Positions 40,135 through 53,467 of a DNA stretch of 64,000 bases are shown piece after piece. Below the pieces are notes generated by a model. It ran no database searches and was not told where the DNA came from. It was given only the letters and a program-made list of their open reading frames with translations. The stretch's first letter is position 1, and every line of letters starts with the position of its first letter. The DNA is from Gnetum montanum (lineage: Eukaryota; Plantae; Gnetophyta), in the NCBI GenBank assembly GCA_015680685.1, contig MNCI01000625.1, forward strand, positions 131,571-195,570, given 5' to 3'. The position numbers and the translations under genes are program-made.

Positions 40135-40955
40135 ATACTAAGTTGCAAGGTGCTCTCTAGGTACGACCTTGCAGTCTTTGCACATAGCCTAGTCTCTTTT
40201 GTATAGTAAGAAATAATTAATTTATGGTTTATCCATACCACTCTTATATGTAATTAAATGTTCCATCTTCTTCTTGAAATAAGTATTTATAATTGCGGGA
40301 TCATATGTTCTTGAAAATTGCAATAGTAAACCTCCTATAACATTACACTCTTCAAGTGTATGTCCTCCATGAATGTTGTCATATCTAATTTTCATAGATC
40401 CAACATGATCATTAAAATGCACTCTAATGAATGGTTTCTTGCTGGGGAATTTCTTGAAGCACCTAATCCATGGAATCCTAAAAATCCTACTTAATAGAAT
40501 TTTCTAGGCCAATTTGTAGAGCATATATGCTAATGACATTGATGATCTTATTTCTAAGCATAATTTTGGTATCCATAATTTGATTGCCATGGCAATATAC
40601 TTATACCACTTTATCTTTGATAGATTGATCAATGATGATGCCCACTCTATTTCAGTGATTTTCTTTTTTCAAGTAGAAGAGTTTGTAACCTTGGCTCAAA
40701 TCTTTAGCTTTCTCCCCTTTCCATCTTATTTCTTAGAGGCAAGCAATGCAAATTCTTTGTATTTTCATGGCATTTGTAATTTTAGAGGTTTTTTTATTGA
40801 GAGCGTTAATGTTCTAGGTTATCATCCAAAATATGTGTCACTAGACTTGCTTCTTTACCCACACCCATTCTTGATGTGGGAACCCTTGTCTACTTTTCAC
40901 AACATTTGGACAATGATGTTACACATCATTCCTAGAGGATACCCTAGCAAGTGCT
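40135..40955 (-). mobile_element. RTE-clade LINE 5' fragment (APE endonuclease), 3'-truncated
   Basis: FNDHVG, IINTYFKKKMEHLITYKSG and CKDCKVVP match the RTE/BovB-type endonuclease. RTE-like 5' UTR at 40850-40955. Confidence 0.8.
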
Positions 40956-42479
40956 TGTCCATTGATGAGTAGCTAGGTACCCCTACGCCCAACCATACGA
41001 ATCACGGGCGTTCACACGCGACTTGGTCGAATTTCGTAAACTGTAAGCACTTAACATGCACCAAACCCTAACTAGTGAAACCCTTGGGTTAGAACGGTTG
41101 TTGTCTTCCTAATCTCACTTGTGATGTTCTAATTACGATGGTTAAGTAAGATTAGGGCTAATGATTTTTATATCTTTTTGCATATCTTTTGGTGGCTAAT
41201 TAAGGTATGAAGAGTAAGGAATAAACTATTATCTAAACTATAACTATCCTAGCTTATATTCTAACTGTTCCTAACATAAGTATCCAATCCCATCTTCCGA
41301 GCACGTTCTGAGCATCTCCTAACACTTCTAGGTTACCAGACGATAAGCATCACTGGGCTTACCAAGTGTTTGATTTATGTTCGAGATGGTCGTACTTATA
41401 GCCCTGATGAACTACGAATAAGTGATAGCAATCAAGATAACAATAATAGAAACTTAAGTAATTAACAAGTAATTAACAAAGCATAAACATCTTAAACTAT
41501 TGAATGCATAAAATAGCTAAGTCCAAATGCTGCAAGGAATGCTTGAATAGTTCATCTTTATTGCCATCATGCCAATGGGCTCAAATACATCAACGCTCGA
41601 ATAAAGAGCTGATCACTTTTCTTACATCTACTGCGGGCACTTGGAAAATATTCTATCTCNGAGATAAAATTGAACATCTCGTTGGTCCTGGAGCCTCTGC
41701 TATGTAGAATGATGCACAAAATTGCTGGAGACGATCACACCGTCCCTAGGGATGATGGTTCTGATGGACCTTCTCTAGCCTCTGGCCCATGCGTTGGTGG
41801 CGGCGTGAATGATGGTTGCCCTGCGGCAGCTGCAACTTTTGGAGGCAATTGGAAAGCCTCCAAGAGAGGCCTCATATTTTCTTCTTTGCTTCTAGGATCA
41901 TTCACAGTCTAGGCAGCTTCTCCAATGTATGCTAGAACTGGAACTTTCCAAGGGAATGGCAGCGCCGGAAAGAGTACTTTCAAGTTTACAAACCAGGCTA
42001 CGAACTGCTTGCGTTCGATGTTCAACGTTCAGATTGATTCCTGCAGCTACTAGTAGTCATTCATTCTTTGGCCCAGGTCCTCTGCAACTGTACATTGTCC
42101 TTCAAAGCTTATGCGGAGGACCTCGAGTTCCACGTTTGCTGTTCCAGCTTTTGTTTTGTTGCCTTGTGCACCTGGAACTCTCCCTCATATAGGGAATATG
42201 AGGAGGCCACTTGTTTCTCCAATTCTGACCACGGTCTCCCAGCTGTAAGCATAGCCAGGTTTGCATATCAAAGGTTGGCCAACTCCATGTACTTTATCAT
42301 TTCCTCAATCTGCAACTCCTTCAGAAGGATTTCTGCTTTATTATAGGCGTTCAACCCATCGAAGATAAATTTCCATACAATGCCTCCCTCTTGGAGCTAC
42401 TGGAGCGGTTGGTTCATATTGGCTTTAGCAACTTGAATGCGCTTCTCATTTACCTCCTTCTGCAATCCCACTTGGTCCT

Positions 42480-44357
42480 TGAAACACCACAAAATTTTGG
42501 CCTAGCACTTTTAGACAAGAATCAAGCTAAGTCATGCTGCTGCCCAACATGAGTACAGCGTGACCAAACTTGAGAGCCTCCAAAATGGCATGAAATGACA
42601 CACAATGGAGAAAGAAATGGAGCAAGCAAGGTCCCCCAGGGGCCCACAGATGATTATAGTAAGTCTTGGCATCAAAAATCAAAAGTTTCAGCCCCAAAAA
42701 GTGCAAGTTTGGTCACACTGCCCAGCGTATGACCAGTGTGTGTACAGCATGACCAACTTTTGGAGCCCCAAAATCAAGTCCAAATGGTCAAAATCAAGCA
42801 CAAGGACCTCCCATGACCTTCACTAAGGCCCCTAGCAGCTCCCAACCTCTAGAAAATGAAACTTTGGGCCTCAAATAAGGTATTTTGACTTGATGACACC
42901 AGAGCTACATTTTCATACGTTGCACAATGCATGCACAACGTGACCAAATAAAAATAGGGTAAAACAAATAGTTTCAAGGAGCATATTTGACATTCAGGTA
43001 ACCCCCAAGGACTGGTAGCACTCGTACATGTCCACAAGCTTCAAAAATTTATGATTTGGGCTTCAAATGTGTCATTCAAGCTTGGTCACATTGGGGCCAC
43101 ACTTTGGTCACATTGCACAGCGTAAGCACAACATGACCAAACTAAACAGGCTTGAAACAGAAAAAAAATGAAGTCAAAATCAACACCCAGACCACCCCAG
43201 AGAATAGGTAGCAGTTAGGCATCAAAAAAGGGGATCAGCATCCAAAAATTAGCTCAAAACAGAGCACGAATACTTGGTCACACTGGGATCACACTTTAGT
43301 CACGCTGCACAGCGTGACCACAGTGTGACCAACCAAAATAGAGCCAAAACAGCCTCCGAACGAGCTCAAATTTAACAAGCAGCATCCTCTGGACCTCAAC
43401 CATCTAGATCCACTCTTGGAACAGGCTTCAGAGATTGAAAGTGGCTCCAAATTCATCATTTTTTTCATACACTGGATGATCACAGACCATATGCTGGATG
43501 CTGACACCAAGATGCCAGGACACGCCAGACCACAGTTTTAGAAGGCTAGAGATAAAATTCTTTGTTGTAACAGAGCATTATTTTGTCAATTTTCTTTTCT
43601 TATTCTTTGAGCATGCTAAGCTCTTACGTTGTGGATTTCACACGCTAGCATAAGACTTGATCATGCTAGACGTTGTACATTGTAACATTTCATGCATCTG
43701 GTCAACGCACACACCTGTCACCCGATCTGAATTTTTCTCACCCCGCAGCCATTGATCTTCTCCCAGATCTGAATCTCATGCCCAAAACCCTATAAATCTT
43801 CTATTTTTTCACTAGACCAGGGGTTGGTTCGAAAAATTGAAATCTAACATACTTAGGAGATCTGGGCATCAATCTCATACGCTAGGCTTCATACAGACTA
43901 GACGTTGTACACCTCCAATCCAAAACTTGCATCTTCCCAACACCTGCTCTCATCCATCAGGGCCAAACGTCCGTCTTATAACCAAACTGCAACTACGTTA
44001 TGATCGGTGCACATTCTAATTGTTTATCAATACAAACAGTTTGCATTATTGCCCAAATTCCTGAAGTTTACATTATTTTTCCTGTTCACATTTTTTCTGT
44101 TTTCATTATTTAAACAGTTTACATCTGTTTTCATTTTTTTACATTCAATTTTGCATTTGTTTACATATAACCCAACGCACCGCAATTGCATACGTTCAAG
44201 GAAGCCTTCGTTTGATCCACGTGCGGACCATTCAAGACACTCTGCCTCCGTTAATTTCTAGCTTGCCCTTGGGCGAAGGCAGGGTCTTACTATTTTGTTC
44301 GTAGATCTATCGGTGTCTGTTCATTCCAGCCTCTTGTCGACGATTTTGGATGGTACA
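42480..44357 (+). repeat. 5' LTR of element D
   Basis: TGAAACACCAC...GGTACA, with TATA-like cctataaat at ~43789. Confidence 0.95.
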
Positions 44358-44363
44358 GTAAAA

Positions 44364-44380
44364 TGGCACTAGAAGAAGGG
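44364..44380 (+). promoter_or_regulatory. Primer binding site (tRNA-Asn) of element D
   Basis: tggcactagaagaaggg is close to TGGCGCTAGAAGGAGGG. Confidence 0.8.
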
Positions 44381-45033
44381 CCCTTTCTCTATTAGATCCA
44401 CCTCTTAGCATACCAGATCCAGCATTCACACGTTGCTATCAATGCCAGTGTTCCTACTCTGCCTTGTTCCCAGCATTCAGGCATTGTTTCCTGCTGATAA
44501 ATCCTATGTTCTAGTCCAGATGTTGTTTCAGAGTTTTCCAAGAACATTCCTACTTAAATCACAGCATCTTGCACCTTCCTCTCTCAGATCCAGATGTTGC
44601 CCATAGTGTCCTACACTCTCTGCCAATTTTAGACATTGTTTACAGCATCCCTCATCCTTATCTCTCTTTTCTGACGCTATTCACAGCATCCAGATCTAAG
44701 TTTCCTTCGTAGACGCTGCATCCAACACTTAGTTTTCTTACTCAGATGCTCCATCCAGCATCCATACATTGTTCTACAAGTCAAACGTTGCACCATCATT
44801 AATTTACATTTCAACATTTCTATTTATACGCCACACACTGTATTACACCACTCCTTTGACATACACACCCTATTTTTCTTAACATTAGCACCATACGCTG
44901 CTCCTCACCCTACCTTATACATTGTGCACATTAATTATATGCTATACCTCTTGAAACTCCTTATACGCTGCTTCTGGTGTTCATACGCTGCAATACATTT
45001 TTATACGCTGAAACTCCTTTGTACGCTGTTCAA

Positions 45034-45130
45034 GACTTAGCCATATTTCCTCTCTTCAAAACTTAGACATATTTTCTCTCTCTAACACTTAGCCATATTT
45101 TCTCTCTCTGACACTTAGCCATTTATTTTC
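45034..45130 (+). repeat. Tandem repeat, ~26 bp x4, in the 5' UTR of D
   Basis: acttagccatattttctctctct repeated. Confidence 0.8.
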
Positions 45131-45159
45131 TTTCGCTTACGCTATTACATCTAGACACC

Positions 45160-48100
45160 TTGATAATGGACCCTGTGCACACCAACACCACCGCCATGCC
45201 TGTTACTAACTTTGGTACCACAATCTCAGGTCTCGTCACCGCCACTGAGCCCATAGTTGCCCTTGGCAAGATGAATCCTCAGGGGCCATCTTGCTGGTCA
45301 CTGAGACTGCAAGGTAGGGATCCCACGTTTACCATCCTAACTCCTGTACAATATAACTTTATTTGTGTTAAAATCCAAGCTAACCTGGCCATTGACCAAA
45401 ACGAACTAGAAGCAAAGAGAAATTATGAGTTAATTCACAAAGGAGGTCATGACTTCGTTCCCACTGCCTATGATGTCATTCCACTCACTGAATCCCACCA
45501 TGAACTCCTATCACAACTCCTCATGGCAAGGAACCAAACCTCATGCCAACCCGTTGTAGCATCTCAAAATGGAGATGAGGAAGACAATTTCGTGGTTCAA
45601 TCCGAACATGAGGATTTGTATCATACTCCAGTCTGCATACTTACGCGAGCCCATTATTTCACCCTTTCACGAGAGAGACCATGTCTCTCCATGTAATTAA
45701 AAGCACTCAAGCACATGTGCCCCAACAGGAAGCATCCACTCTTATTCCCACTCTCCCTATGACCGATACTCAATTCAATGTACCCATCCCCACTATTCCT
45801 CTGATCACCACATTATCCCCTCTCCTACAAGTACAACCCCAACAACCCCCCTCTCAAACTAATGTAGGAGCGACTTTCCCATGCCAAGTAATTGGGATGC
45901 CATCTGTGATACCCGCTTCCACATCTACACACTTCATCCTACGAGTCCAGGTTCATACCACGCCCTTGGCTCCTCCAATACAACACCAGGTACAAAGTTT
46001 CCCTTCACAACCCATAATTGGCCAATGGCCCATCCCTGTCACTCAACAACAACAACCTACACCTTATGGTATTCCGCTCTTAGTAGCACTAACTGTAAAT
46101 ATTCCACAAGTGCAACCTCTGACCACTCAACTTTCTTCTTTCCCACCCACTGTACAGTAGTCTAATTTATATGGCACTCAAACTAGTCAACCTACTACTC
46201 CACCAAGTGCCCAAGAATGGGCCGAAGCCAAAAAGATGATGTAAGAGCTCACTGATGAGGCAAAATTCCTCAAAACTACTAACAATGAAGAGCTTAAAGT
46301 ATTAGATTTTTACCAAGACGATCCTATTAGCTCTTCGGTGCCACCATTAACCTTTCCCAAAGGAGTTTCTTTGCCTCAGCTAACCAAATACAATGGGGAG
46401 GGAGACCCCAACACCCATCTAATCACATTTAGACTAGAATGCCTATTGCTTCAGGCCTGGCCCCATGCAATCTTGCGTGTGTTCACCATATCCCTCACTG
46501 GCAGAGCATTAGACTGGTACCGAGCCTTGCCTCGTAACTCCATATCCTCTTTAGAGGATCTCTTACACCAGTTCATTACTAGGTTTAAATACAACCTGAA
46601 ACCTGAAGCAACCTTGGACAGTTTAATACAGGTAAAACAAGCACCACTTCAACTTGTACAAAAATTTATCCAAAGATGGAGTGCCACGCTCAACAAACTT
46701 CATGAGCCAATCCCAGAAACATACCTTCTTACGATTCTTAAGGGAGCCGTGAATGATTTTGTTAAATCAAAACTGTACTATCTAAATGGGCACACTCTAA
46801 GCCAAGCTTTTGTACAGATTAAAAACATAGAAGAGGCAGCCCAAAATAGCCATGACCCTGCTTACTTAGCCTTCAAAAATCAACACACTAAAAAAGATAA
46901 AGAAAAGGCTAAAGCAACAGTAGCAGTAGTAGCAGAGACTCAACCTACCAATATGGGACAGCAAGGCAGACCACCTACTACTCCCATTAACTATGAGAGA
47001 ACCGCTCCTGCACACACACCTAAACCATCTACCACGCAAGCTGCTAACATGGGTCATGCACGTACGTTTCAGAGGAAAGACCCTGCTCAATACACACTGC
47101 TTCCCATGAAGCCTTCCCAGTTGTTAGATCAACTTTTGAAGGCTGGGGCCATCAAACACAAGCAGTTGTCTCCAACAATAGCCCAAAGACACGATCAATT
47201 CTGTGAATTGGCCAAAAACCCAAGCCTGGCAACTCCAAATGAGCCTCCTATTCCAAGAGGCTTTAGAATAGATCGATTTTGCGAGTACCATCAACAGAAT
47301 GGGCATGGTACTGATTCTTTTTTCACCCTCAAACAAGAAATAAAACATATGATTGATAGGGGTGAAATAACATTTGACGATGCCAACCCTGTTAAACTGT
47401 AGAATCAATCTATGGGTGTGTACAAAGATCCCCTTAATAATAGGGAAGATCCTTACATTATTAACATGATCCATGTCGGAAATGAGCAAGGTATGCCCAC
47501 AAAACCTTTCATGATTCATGTCCCTCCTACAGCATCAACATCATCCCTGCAATCTTTGTACCCCACATACAATCTACCTACACCTCAAAAACCATTTGTC
47601 ATTCATGTACCCCCTTCCAATGCAACTGCAAATGTGCAACCACCTACCCGTCCCACTCCCTTTGTGGTCCAAGTGTCACCTACGATTGCAACCATAGAAG
47701 TATAATCATAAAATCGACTAACCCCCTTCGTAATCAAGGTACCCAAACACCCTAATCTTCAACCTCCTACTCCTTAACCGCAAACCAAACCAACATCGTT
47801 TGTCATCAGGGTGTCTAAACACCCTGACACACAACCATTTCCAACTGTTCAATCGTAACTCCAACCCACTCCATTCGTAATCCAAGTCCCAAAACAACCC
47901 GATGTTCAAGCTCTAACGGTTCCCCCACGACCTTCGCAAGAATGCCTCGCCGACAGACTTACTAGGGAATGGTTGGAAAAAGAATGTCAAAGTCTTGAAT
48001 TAGGGCCACTAAAATCCACTTCCTTAAATGTTGTACCTATAGCTCTAACAACTGACGAGCCAAGCACCAGTCACGAAAGCAAAAAACTAGGAACGTCAGA

Positions 48101-49234
48101 TACATCAAACCCAGTCATCACATTAGACCAGATGAAAACCATTCCATAATAGATACAACTATTGGGTCAAATGGACCAAGTCTCAACCAGCAAGAGTATA
48201 CCAGACAGTAAAGACTTAGCCAGTGTCGTAACTCAAGTCACACAGGCACTTAAACAAAAAAACACATCTTTAAGCTTATATGACCTAATGATGACTTCTC
48301 AAGTCCATCGTGAAGTCCTAGTACGTATGTTAACATTGATCCCAATTAGTGAAGACTTGCCTACAAATGAACCTTCCATTCATGCGATAATGTCCCCATA
48401 TCAAGGATCAAGAGCTACATCACTAAGCTTCAACACGAATAATATAAAAATAGATGAAAAAATAGGAAGAGTCACCACTGCACCCATGTTCATAACTATA
48501 CAAGTAAATCAATTTAAAATACATAGGGTGCACGTTGATGATGGGGCAGCCACAAACGTAGTACCATACCCGTCATCGAACAGTTAGGGCTAACTGAACA
48601 AATCAAACCAACTTCCATGACATTCCTGAAATCATTCAGCGGATCATGCATAGTTGTCAAAGGAACACTAACTTAGGATTTCATAGCAGGGGACCGGTTC
48701 CCCACGTCAGCTGAATTTGTAGTCGTAGATAAGATGCCTGGATTTAACTTGATATTGGGATGACCATGGTTCGCCCAATTAAAAGCAAGATCCTCACCCA
48801 TCCACCAAGAGATTCACCTATCTTATGAGGGCGGTGAAATAATTATACATGGTGACGCGGCTACGTCTGACATTTCATCGCACATAGACACAAACCAAGG
48901 ATCAGAGGTTGAATTCGATGAATCTAAACGTGACAACACTATCCCTAAATTTAAGCAAAATGACATCACAGATGAACCTAAACAAGGCAATAAACTAGAT
49001 AAAACCCAGAGTGATAACCAATCTCCAAACCATGATCCCCCAGAAGATATGGAAACATTACAAAATGTGGAAACATCAAAGCATGCTAACATAGGGGTCA
49101 TTCCCCTAGACATCTCATGGTCAAAATTACCATTTAACATAATTAGCAAAAGAGACACAGAATATACGATTATGTCGACCTACCCAACACACCATGTCAA
49201 TCTTCCAAAATTAAAGAAGCTACTCAACCGTTAA
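45160..49234 (+). pseudogene. gag: gag-protease of element D
   Basis: LTKYNGEGDPNTHL, SLTGRALDWY, CEYHQQNGHGTDS, and protease RVHVDDGAATNVV. Ends KLKKLLNR* at 49234. Confidence 0.9.
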
Positions 49235-49240
49235 ACTACC

Positions 49241-49452
49241 AGTCGTCATAAATGACGTTAAACTACCACACGTCCATAATGACATAAAACTAGCCACAGT
49301 TGGGAATGGCCAGTTCATTTTAAAACCCACTGAAACAGTCTAAATCTCTCTTGTTTTCTTGTGGCCCAAAATGGCCTCAAACTAGAATGCCGTTGCTAAA
49401 TCCTGTCATGACTTTAAATTGATACGCATGGCCCGAAATGGCCTTAAACTAG
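49241..49452 (+). repeat. Hairpin-TAAACT motif cluster just after the gag-pro stop of D
   Basis: cgtcataaatgacgttaaact, cgtccataatgacataaaact, ggcccaaaatggcctcaaact, ggcccgaaatggccttaaact. Confidence 0.8.
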
Positions 49453-50236
49453 AACAAGTTACACTTCTGTTTCTTTAAAATTACATTCTTTGTTTGCATG
49501 CATAGTTTCATCATTGCTTTACAATTTATTATTCCGCTTACATTTCTTCTACACTATTATCATTTCAATTACTTTCACATTTACAAACCGTTAAAATAAC
49601 AAAATAACAAAAATATATATATAAATAAAAATAAACAAAAGTCTTTTGTGCTTACACTTGTGTTTATCAAAAATTTGGAGAAAACTTAAAAAACAAAAAA
49701 AAACTTGAATAACATAAAAACAGCAAAAAAAATGTATAAATGTATAAATTGATAATATTAAATGTTAACATTGTATCATGCATTCGCTTTCATATAATTC
49801 ACAAAATTTCAACAACAAAAAACATAACCAAGCTAACAACAATAATAAGTTAAATTAAACATCAGCGCTAGGAGGGGCTTGATCCCAAAATCTCTCTACA
49901 TCATCGGCTCCTACTCCACTCGGGCCCGCTCCATCATCTCCACAATCCTATAAACAAACATAAAATGAAAGTAACCATCAACAAAACATAAATATACAAG
50001 AGAGAACTAGCAAGAGAAATAATAATAAAATGAATAACTATAAAAGTTGTATACCCCATGGGACAAGAACTCCAGTATTCATTTGGTGCATCTAATCCTT
50101 AATGGGGAACATAGAAATTCATTAGATAATACCAACATCTAAAGGATAACGTTTGCAAAAATTATGATTAATAGTTTATGTTACAACCATAGGTAAAATA
50201 GCAGTTAGTCCACATTATCTTAGATACTGGAAAAAG

Positions 50237-52490
50237 TGACTCACGCTGCGGAGGGGAAATACTCACGCTACACACAAGACAGAAACAACTTAAAATAAAA
50301 TGAAAATAACTCATGATAGTGCCTAAGGCCCAACTCAAGTTATGCCCATTAACACTGACGCCCACATGTGCTATTCACGTGAAATACTAAGGTACACTCA
50401 CACTGCAACTTAGGGGTATCGCGGTAAAATACACTGCCAAGTATTGTGCTAAAATACACTCACCCAGTAAACAAAAATGATTCATGTTGTGAGTATGGAG
50501 AAAACCACTCACGCTAGGTATCAACAACAATACCATTACTCACGCCGCTGAATAAAAGGCTTAACTCATGTCGGACATTCCAAGCAAAGCACTCATGCTG
50601 CATACTGAAATCAGGCACTTGTAGGGTACAGTAAATATAACAAAATAAACTCTACACTACTCAAAATGGTTTGTTCATATTGCGGGATTGTTTCTAGCAG
50701 CATTGCATCACAAAACCCTTTGACAGTTGCATAGAGAACTACGATTTTTTTTTCACTAGGAAGTGGTGAATATTGTGGTTGTTTCAGCACTTCTATGAGC
50801 CTAGCCCCTCTCTGTAATAGTGCCTGAGTAGCTGCATCAAGGTCTAGCCCAAATTGAGCAAAGGCGGCCACTTCGCAATATTGTGCCGATTCTAGTTTGA
50901 AACTACCACATACATGTTTCATAGCTTTCAACTAAGCGGCGGACCCAACGCGACTGATAGATAAGCCAACATTGATAGCAGGTCTAATTCCATGATAGAA
51001 TAATTCTATTTCCAGATAGATCTGTCCATCTATAATGGAGATCACATTGGTAGGGATATAGGCCGACACATCTCCAGCTTGTGTTTCTATGATGGGTAAC
51101 GCGGTCAAGCTACACGCAAGTCGAAAGAGAAGAAATATGGATTATATCCGCTCATCTGGACTGAATGGTAGAGCATGAAGCTATGCCCCTAAGTCAACTT
51201 GGCGAGACTTACGATAAAATGAAACTAACTCACTCTAGTGCCTTAAGATCTAACTCACACTAAATTTGGGGCCACTTACGTGAAGTTTGGGGGAATACTC
51301 ACGCTGCACTATACGGTAAACCAAAACTCACGCTGAAAACAAAAAGCTCCACTCATGCTAAGGGTGTAGAAACTCACACTGAGTATCAAGGTTAAACCAG
51401 TAACGCTGAGTATCAACAACAATACCACCACTCACACTGCCCAAATTAGAGGCCTAAGTCACGTTGATTTTGGTTCAATACCCCACGCTGCCAAGTAAGA
51501 GGCCTAACTCACGCTGGAAGAGTTTTACAATAGCTCACGCTGTCAATATCCATGGCCATAAAGATGGCTACTCACACTATCAATACCCACGGCCATAAAG
51601 ATGGCTACTCATGCTGCAATACATTCACCCATGCTGCCATAAAACTACCCATAGCATTACTGTACTCCTGCCAATTTACATTCGCTTGTTTCAGACAAAA
51701 CCTCTGTATCACTCATGTTATTCCATTACATTCACCCACCAATGTAATGAAAAAAACCATACTGTTCCAACGCTGATGCATCATGTTGTTCCAATTTAGT
51801 CTAATCCGTGTGGTATGAAGTGCTGAACCATGAAACAGAAAACACTCATGCTGGAATATTCACCCATGATGATGATTGGGTCATACACTCATGCTGCCTA
51901 TGGTCTTGTATTCATCCTCACACTAATTTTGGCTCATTATTCACACAGGTTTTATCTCCATAAACTCACACTGATGCTGGGATAGGCACTCACGCTAACG
52001 TTTGGTCCTGTACTCATGCTAACACTAATCTTAGCACCACATTCACGCTGATCTTTGAGTCATGTACTCACGTTGAATGAGGCCCTGTACATGCAATGAT
52101 GATAATTCCATCTATGAATTCATGCTAAATGGAGCCAAGAAATACCCACGATTTATGGGCCATGCATGCACACCAGACGACCAAGAATAGGTACTCACGC
52201 TATTCTATTTTGCCCACGATCTCAAAACCAGGCATTCAAACCCTCATGTACAAGCCCTGGAACTATAGCTAATACTAAGAATGCAAACCCTATAATTCAT
52301 GACAGGGAAAAATAAAAAAAATTGGAGAAAACCTGGCCCTCCCCAAAACCGCAAAAATGAAATGTACCCAAAAATATGACTTTTGTTGTCATGCACGCTG
52401 CCTATGGGCATACATCACTCATGCTCAAAATGATCAGGTCCCAAGAAAATACAAATCAGGGACAACGCAGTCTAGAAGCTAGCTACTCAT
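50237..52490 (+). repeat. Degenerate array with ACTCACGCTG core and variable linkers (period ~20-30 bp), interrupted by the atp1 fragment
   Basis: Several dozen actcacgctg/actcatgctg/actcacactg words, all on the same strand. Confidence 0.85.
50650..51113 (-). pseudogene. atp1: Mitochondrial ATP synthase subunit alpha fragment (NUMT) inside element D
   Basis: [104 protein letters not shown]...KQPQYSPLP...GFCD. The KAMKxVCG and GFCD words are mitochondrial atp1-type rather than plastid atpA-type. Confidence 0.93.
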
Positions 52491-53467
52491 GTTAAGGAAA
52501 TTAAATCACACAGAAGACACCATTCACATGAAAAATTTATCCCAAAAAATAGACCGTTTCTTACACACATTGTAAACACCTAGGGTGCACACGCTGCATA
52601 CACACACGCCACACAGGGACGTTTACGCCATACACATGGAAACAGCAACAAAAAATAGCAAGAAAAAGGTAAATAAAGCATGAAACAAGAGTGTACCTAT
52701 GCACAGACCCTGTCCATGAAGGGATCCTGGGCTGAGGAAGGCGTTGAAGCATCTCCTCGCTTTCCTCCACGAATGTTAGCATCACCTCCTTCTTTCCCTT
52801 GCCCTTGTCTTGTTTACCTTTACCCATTTTTTCCCAGATGTTGCAGATCTGGACACTGTAGCTGCAGATCTAGATGCTGTAGCTATAGATCTGGCTCCAA
52901 ATGTTGTAGATCTGGGGGCAGTACTTAGTCACGCTCCTCTTCAGGACACTGTACGCTACTGTACACACTCTGATTCTGCCTCTGATGCCGGTTGTCCACT
53001 ACCCACCTTGCTTACGCTGCCACTATTGCCTAGTTTCCAATACTCACGCTATAAAATGATGAAATGACTTTTACTTTTACTGGTCAAACCTTTTTAATCC
53101 CCCCCCCCCCCTTATTTTATTATATTTAACCATTACTTTTATTGCCTTTACCACGTTGTTTTGATGCTAACCTCCTAGGTAAAATGCCCACACCTTAAAA
53201 GTAAAAAATTTAAAATAAAAAATAATATAATATAAAAATTACAAAATAAAATAAAATATATACTTTTAATTACGCTGACCCCTTCCGGCAACACCAAACT
53301 GTAAAGGTTTCTAAAAATAAAGTAAATTACATAATGTTATTCTATGTTATTTTCATTACTTTGACCCCTTTTTTCTTTTATCAATGCCCAAACCTTAAAC
53401 TTTAAAAATAAAAAAAATATAAAAATAAAATATAAAATAAAAATTTTAAATTCTTGTACACACACAT

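Noticed and set aside
50611-50931. atp1 ORF as a functional gene
   Set aside because: It is an internal fragment with an in-frame stop (SAA*LK) and substitutions at conserved residues.
51148-51185. tRNA-like words (gctcatctggactgaatggtagagca)
   Set aside because: Only a D-arm-like phrase is present; there is no acceptor stem, T-arm or cloverleaf.
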